From positions 1,240,001 through 1,304,000 of the forward strand of contig OZ251231.1 in the NCBI GenBank assembly GCA_965240325.2: 64,000 bases of DNA, read 5' to 3'. Origin of the DNA: Rebecca billardiae RCC1528 (lineage: Eukaryota; Protista; Haptophyta). The notes below the pieces were generated by a model that saw only the letters and a list, made by a program, of their open reading frames with translations, was not told where the DNA came from and made no database searches. Below, in pieces: positions 58,375-64,000 of the stretch (within the stretch, counting starts at the first letter, position 1; every line of letters begins with the position of its first letter). Made by a program: the position numbers and the translations under genes.

Positions 58375-60768
58375 TCATCCACGCGCGCAGTCTGGCAGTG
58401 CAACCGTCGACGTGACGTTGGCGCCGTCGCCGTGAGCGAGATCCGTGTCATTGACGAACTCTGCTTGACGCGCCGCTTCGAGCCGCAGTGCAACCGTCGA
58501 CGTCACGTTGGCATCGGCCGCAGCATCATCGTCCTTGCTGGCCAGCCAGGCCGGCGGCTTCGCGGGCGGCTTGCAGCCGAAGCCGAGGCAGTCCGACACG
58601 ATCGTCATGACGGCGATGCTGCGAAAGTGCACCTCGTGCCTCGAGTAGTTGCTCCACCACGTCGCCGTCCAGTCCTCGCTCGCCCCCGCCGCGCGCAGCG
58701 TGAGCGTGTGCTCGCCCTGCGCGAGCGTGCCGCGCACCTCGCCCGCCTTTGCCCACGCGAAGGGGAGCACGTTGTAGAACTTCTCGACCGTGATGAAGCG
58801 CTTGGCCTGGCGCAGGGCGAGGGACGCCAGGTTGAACGCCGCGACGAACGCGCCGTCGACGAACGCCTCCACCACCCCGAGGGGCTGGTAGCTCTCGGAC
58901 AAGCCCACCGAGAGCGCGCACCCGCTCGCCGATTCGCACGGCACGCGCAAGTTGAGCTCGGCGCCGGCGTCGCTCGCGTACAGGTAGCGCTGCTTGCCGT
59001 CCAGCCGCCAGCCGGTGCTCGAGGCGAGCATGGCGTCCGCCGTGCCCGACTGCACGTCCGCGCATCGCGTCTGCTCCGGGAGCAGCATCGCCCGGTGCAG
59101 CTCGAGGCTGATGGGTTTCGGCGGCGGCCCGAGCGAGTTGGACGGCTCCCGCACGACGGGCGACGGCGCGGCGTGCTGCCCCGCGCCAAAGCGACGCTCT
59201 GCCTGGAGCATGAGGTCGAGGAGGGCGCAGGCCATGAGCTGGTGGCCGCGCACGTTGGGGTGGTGGAACGCCGCGGGCTGGAGCACGTCGACGGGCCTGA
59301 GCTCCCCCGAGACGAGCAGCGGCCACAGCCCTGCCTTCAGCGAGACGGAGGGCAGGCCGTTCCACAGCGCCAGCGTGTCCCAGCACGCGCTCGAGTCGAC
59401 AAACGCGTCGAGCGCAAAGGTGTGCGCGAAGACCACCGCGGCCTGCGGCGCGTTCGCGCGGATGCGCCAGAGCAGGCGGTCGGCCTTGGTGACCACCTGG
59501 CCGAACCCGCTGCCCGCGCACGCCGGGGACGTGTTGATGGCGTACTCGACGAGGAACAGGTCAATGGCTGACAGGTTGGTGCCTGCGAATGCGGTCCTTA
59601 GGCACACGGTCAGGAGGTCGGGGCCGGTGCCGCCGCGTGCCTTGTTGGTCACGTGCGTGGAGATGCCGGCCCGGCCGAGGAGATGGGCCAGCTCCTGCAC
59701 GTACCCCCGCCCGCAGCACGCCGCGCCGCACGCCGACGCCGGCTTGCCGCACTGCGTGTAACCGCCGCCGTTCGAGGTCGAGCCTCCGACGACTGCGATG
59801 CGGAGCGTGCGCCCGGTGGCGCGCGCGCGGCCGAGCGCGGAGCCGAGCGCTCGCAGGTCGCCGTAGTTGGCGATGCTGCGGCGCAGGAAGTCGGCGGCCT
59901 TGGACGCATCCCCGAGGTTCGCGCCCACCACCTGCAGGGGCACCAACGACGAGCTCGAGAGCGAGATGCGACCCACAGCGGACCCAGCGGCTACGCTGCT
60001 GCCGCTGCCGGCTCCCTGAGCGGCCTCCGGCTGCGCGGTGCCGCTCGCAGTGGCCTTCGTGTCGCTCGGCCCCTGAGGGTGCGGGTATGAGCGCGCAAGG
60101 GCCGAATCAGACGGGCCTTCTCCGCGGCCAACGCCGCTGCCGCCCTGTCCCGCAGCCGCCTGCTGAGCTGTGCCGCTGCGATCGCTTGAGCCGTTGGTCC
60201 CGACCTCGCGCAGGCGCGAGCTGGGCTTGTAGAAAGCCACGTGGCGGAGGCCCTTCAGACCAACGATCCGCACCCGGCTCTCGGGCGCTCTCCAAATGGC
60301 CTTTGCGCGGCCAGCCTCGCAGCACAGCCCACGCGCAACCGCCCCACCCTGCGGGCAGCGCGTGCGCTCGTCCAGCGGGCCCTCGCGCGCGCGCACGAAG
60401 GCTAGATCGCGCTCGGACGTGAGGCAGAACTGGCGGCAGGTCGAGCGCTTGTGCTTCCAGTTTGGACACGAGAAGACGTACGTCCCAGTGCAGTTGTCCA
60501 TCACAGACGAATGCTCCTGAAAACAGGTGGAATCGGATGAATGATTATGCCTCATTCGCCGGCGTGCGGGCGCATCCGTGGTGTTGTTCACGCTCTGCAC
60601 AGTCTCCGGGCTGTGGCCGAGGCCCGAAGCATGGCGCACTGCTCGGCGCGAGGCGTGAGACGCAGGAGCGTCGGGCGCCGCCCACCGCGCCGCGTGGCCC
60701 ACAACTGGTGCCAGCGCCAGCAGGCAGGCGGCGAGGCGGCAGCAGCGCGGTCCCGACTCCGCCATCAT
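58375..60768 (-). CDS. Secreted SGNH/GDSL hydrolase-like protein
   Basis: Signal peptide; IAVVGGSTSNG (block I), NKARGGTG (II), DLFLVEYAIN (III), HHPNVRGHQLMA (V); a beta-rich C-domain; ANVTSTVAL occurs twice near the C-terminus. Confidence 0.82.
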   Translation of the reverse strand: MMAESGPRCCRLAACLLALAPVVGHAARWAAPDAPASHASRRAVRHASGLGHSPETVQSVNNTTDAPARRRMRHNHSSDSTCFQEHSSVMDNCTGTYVFSCPNWKHKRSTCRQFCLTSERDLAFVRAREGPLDERTRCPQGGAVARGLCCEAGRAKAIWRAPESRVRIVGLKGLRHVAFYKPSSRLREVGTNGSSDRSGTAQQAAAGQGGSGVGRGEGPSDSALARSYPHPQGPSDTKATASGTAQPEAAQGAGSGSSVAAGSAVGRISLSSSSLVPLQVVGANLGDASKAADFLRRSIANYGDLRALGSALGRARATGRTLRIAVVGGSTSNGGGYTQCGKPASACGAACCGRGYVQELAHLLGRAGISTHVTNKARGGTGPDLLTVCLRTAFAGTNLSAIDLFLVEYAINTSPACAGSGFGQVVTKADRLLWRIRANAPQAAVVFAHTFALDAFVDSSACWDTLALWNGLPSVSLKAGLWPLLVSGELRPVDVLQPAAFHHPNVRGHQLMACALLDLMLQAERRFGAGQHAAPSPVVREPSNSLGPPPKPISLELHRAMLLPEQTRCADVQSGTADAMLASSTGWRLDGKQRYLYASDAGAELNLRVPCESASGCALSVGLSESYQPLGVVEAFVDGAFVAAFNLASLALRQAKRFITVEKFYNVLPFAWAKAGEVRGTLAQGEHTLTLRAAGASEDWTATWWSNYSRHEVHFRSIAVMTIVSDCLGFGCKPPAKPPAWLASKDDDAAADANVTSTVALRLEAARQAEFVNDTDLAHGDGANVTSTVALPDCARG

Positions 60769-60826
60769 CGCTCAGCATGCATGAATCAATAACAATAATA
60801 ATACACAGACGACGACTACGGCATAC

Positions 60827-60856
60827 TGTGCGTCTCTTATTCTTAGTAAACTGTAC
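60827..60856. repeat. Lone 30-bp copy of the foldback element end
   Basis: TGTGCGTCTCTTATTCTTAGTAAACTGTAC, identical to 18986-19015. Confidence 0.9.
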
Positions 60857-60959
60857 GCGAATATTTCTGATTATTTTGCCGCCGCAGGGCAGGGAGCCCT
60901 GGGCTGGGAGTGCTTTGTGATCGTCACATAAAAAAAGTGATATCATCACAGCGTCGTGA

Positions 60960-61093
60960 TCACGTGACGCGTCACGTCACGTGAAGTCACGTCGGCAATC
61001 GGGGCATTGTCACGTGACAGTCAAGTAGTCGGTGCCGGACTCGTCACGTGATGTCACGTGATCATGCCTGTTGGGCAGACGTGACGACACGTG
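60960..61093. promoter_or_regulatory. Cluster of six CACGTG boxes (regulatory sites or transposon subterminal repeats)
   Basis: CACGTG at 60961, 60978, 61011, 61045, 61055 and 61088; five are TCACGTGA. The function is inferred. Confidence 0.45.
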
Positions 61094-61271
61094 GTGGTCA
61101 CGGCACGACGAATATTCCCATGCAGCCCTCTGCCCTGTCGGATTGCCGCCGCGAGGCGCGACTCGCCGTTGGCGCGATCGCTCGGCGGCTGGTTAGTGGT
61201 TCCGTTCCGCCGAACCACGTCTACTGACGATACGACATGCTAACGATGATGTGACGACGAAATAAAAATGC

Positions 61272-61362
61272 TACAGATCGACTCATTCAGAATATCGATC
61301 AGAATAAGAGACGCACAAGCCCGAGGACAGCTCGTCACTCATCACTATCAGGCAGGCGAGAT
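61272..61362. repeat. Interrupted, opposite-orientation copy of the foldback element end
   Basis: TACAG..AGAATAAGAGACGCACA..CAGCTC..AGGCAGGCGAGAT appear in order, separated by short inserts. Confidence 0.8.
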
Positions 61363-61514
61363 GAACTGAATAATAATGACTGACTCGTACCGTCAAATAA
61401 CGTATATGACTAATGTAGCCATTATTATTTTATGATCGGCTACGCCGATCTTCGGGTAGTGAACAACGAAGTTGGGGGCGCACGGCCCTAGTGGCTAGTG
61501 CTCAGAGTCACCGA

Positions 61515-62610
61515 TCACGCAGCTTGTGAATGTGAGCAGCAGCCGCGGCTTGTGACGACACGGTCGGACGGTCGGACGGTGCCGGTGCGGCGGGGGCAGC
61601 GGCGGCGCGACGGCGTCGGCGGTGGCGCGCTCGCACAGCGTCCTGCAGCACGTAGCAGCGCGCCGCTCAGCTCCCGCCGCTCCACGCCGCCGCAGCGGCG
61701 CGCGCGGCGCGCGCCCGCTTCGGCCGCGGCCGCGCCCGCCACCGTCCGTCGCGCCGCCGCCAGCTGCTGCGCCGTCGGTGACGGCGGCGGGTCGAGTGCG
61801 GAGAGGAGGTGGATGAGCCAGTGCAGCCCGGACTGCGTGACGTCCACGTCCACCACCGCGTCCTCCTTCGCCACCGCCATCTCCTCCGCCCGCCCCGCCC
61901 CCCAGCGGCGGTCCCACCACCCAGGCGGCGACCGGCCCGGCGCGCGCTGCGGGCGCCCGCGCGCCGCCGCTGCCGTCGGCGGCGGCGATCGCGGCGGCGA
62001 GCGGCGATCGCGGCAGCCCGTCGGGCGGCGGCGGCGGCGCGCCGCCGCCCTCCGCTCCGCCCTCCGACGCCGCCCTCCGACGCCGCCGCCTCCGATCCGC
62101 CCCGCCGCCGCCGGGCGACTGCGCTCGGATGACGAACCGGCTGGGCGGCAGCGACCAGCCGCGTGGGCGGCGTGACGCGACGCGCTCTCCGCCGCTGACG
62201 GAGGAGTTGACGGAGGTCGTGCGCGCGAGGTCGGCGGCGGTGTGCGCGGCGGCGCTGGGCGAGTGCGCCAGCCTCTCGGGCAGCACATGCCCCGCCGCGC
62301 GCCCGCCGCCGCCCAGGCTCCCGCGCTCGGCCTCGCGCCGCACCGCCGCGCGGTCCGAGTGCAGACGCCTGTCGACCGGATAGGTCAGATTTGCGACGCA
62401 GCCTGCGGAGAGGGTGGCGCATGCGGCGGGCTCGGCGGGGTCGAGCGCGCAGTGCGCGATCACCTCGAGCAGCAGCTGCGCCACCCCGTACGCGCGCAGC
62501 ATCGGCGCGTCCGGTCGCATCACCCGTGCAGTCCGGTCGCCAGCAAGCCGCGGAGCCGCGGCGGCGGCGGCACGCGGGCGGCCGCCGCCGGCGAGGGTGA
62601 GGACGGACAT
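61515..62610 (-). pseudogene. Coding-like fragment (possible armadillo-type helices), frame-broken
   Basis: LRAYGVAQLLLEVIAHC..LSAGCVANLT and DVTQSGLHWLIHLLSAL lie in different frames. An unresolved intron cannot be excluded. Confidence 0.35.
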
Positions 62611-63705
62611 GCCATTCGGCGCACCTCCCTCGACTGCGCCGCCACCATCGCCCTCGCTCCCTTCAGCCGCCTCCCCCGACGCCTCCGCCTCCGCCTCCGC
62701 CGCACCGACGCCGCCGCACCCGCACTCCACGCAGACTCACGTGCCGGTGGCACTTTGCCGTTGGATCGTCGTCACCGAGCCGTCACGCGCAACTTTTCGC
62801 GCCGATCATCAATATTGATCAGAGTCTGTCCAGGACAGCGTACACCCATTTGAATCAGAGAGCTCTTATTGATCGCAGATAGAGCACAAACGCGTCGATT
62901 CATACCCGCATTGGCTTTGAATCAGTTGGCAATACGGGGTGAGGAATCTTGAATCACAACCGCGATTATTGACCTTTCCGCTCAGGCTGTCCAGGACACA
63001 CTCACCACACTATTCTAGCGCAGTTCTCTTAAGAGAAGAGGGATGCGTCTAATCTAAAACGCTGTTTTTCAGAAGCGCGTGAATCAAAGCTGACGACCCA
63101 ACCTATCGTTTCTATGGTTGGCGAGCTGTTTCAGGCTCTTACAATTCAGGCATCTTACTATGACGGAATGTTCTAACACACGGCTGGTGTTATGTGCTAT
63201 TCCACCCTGCATTCCCCTAAGTGTTACTATCGTTAAAATTAAGGGGCAGTACAAACGCAATCATTGCGGCAGCGATATCCACTCATACGCGGTGGCCACC
63301 TACCGAAAAATCCCCAAAATCCTGCGCGCATCCTCTTTTTGATTTTGCGGAGCACGTGCGCCGCCCCCCCCCCGGCTTTCGCTCACGCTCAGACCTTTCG
63401 GGGGGGGGGCCGTGCGCCATAATAAATAACTTATATTAGCTATGTATTTAAGCTGCTAGAATTTAATAGCCGTCGCGACGACTGACCGCCACGACTGTCA
63501 CATGACCTCACAAACTGCCCCTCATCAGTGCCTGAGGGACCCAACCACTGAGGCCAGCTGTCGCGCTTGCGCCACGGCGGCCACGGCGGCCTGCTCAGCC
63601 GCTCAGCTCAGCCGTCAATCACTCATCAGATAATCGTCACGGCGCGCGCACGGCTGCGCCAAGTCAGGCCCGCACGCGTGAGCAGCGTGGGCTCGCGGGT
63701 GACGC

Positions 63706-64000
63706 TTACCCCGCCGCCGCCTTCGGCGCGCCCTTCGCCCCGAGCAGCCGGCGCGCCGTCTCCTCGTGCAGCGCGTCGAGCGTCCCGAGGCACGCGTCGC
63801 GCAGCGCGCCGAGCTCTGCCGCGCCGAGCTCGGCGAGCGGCTCTGAGGCGAGGACGTCGCGCAGCAGCCGCGGCAGCTCGGACGCGGGCGGCAGAACGTC
63901 GCGCGGGCCCAGCCGGCCGGCGTACCGCCTGCTCCACGCCGCGAGCGCGTGCGACGGCAGCTCGTCCACGATGAGCCCGAGCTCGCGCTCAAAGTGGGCG
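63706..64000 (-). CDS. 3' part of a hypothetical helical protein entering from beyond the window
   Basis: Open frame from the window edge, AHFERELGLIVDELPSH..LDALHEETARRLL. The stop at 63706 overlaps a possible GTAAGC donor. Confidence 0.6.
   Translation of the reverse strand, partial: AHFERELGLIVDELPSHALAAWSRRYAGRLGPRDVLPPASELPRLLRDVLASEPLAELGAAELGALRDACLGTLDALHEETARRLLGAKGAPKAAAG

Noticed and set aside
61477-63418. 12-bp inverted pair GGCGCACGGCCC as a TIR
   Set aside because: Too short and GC-rich to exceed chance, and there is no TSD.

Overview
This window is eukaryotic nuclear DNA, very GC-rich in coding regions, with short GC-rich GT(GCG)..AG introns. The style resembles a haptophyte alga such as Diacronema/Pavlova, which is an inference and was not verified. 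About 18 genes are supportable. They include a GBP/atlastin-like GTPase, a mitochondrial RCC1-repeat protein, a 1765-aa sulfotransferase/glycosyltransferase fusion, RibB, a P/U-type cyclin, a TMX3-like PDI, TFIIS and an ABCC transporter. They also include an FBXO21-like F-box protein, RWDD1, mitoribosomal L23, a 2OG-Fe(II) oxygenase, a SAP-like/DCTPP1 fusion, a Cys-rich secreted protein, a TKL kinase, a 5x-HTH plus R2R3-MYB factor, an ERGIC3 with a large insert and an SGNH protein. Intergenic DNA holds a 1.69-kb tandem duplication, several non-autonomous TIR elements and lone copies of one element end. One TIR element has about 33 GATC sites and another is a 230-bp foldback. No tRNA, rRNA, CRISPR array or transposase gene was recognised. 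Most short ORFs in the track are GC-driven shadows. All calls are by eye from motifs; no searches were run.
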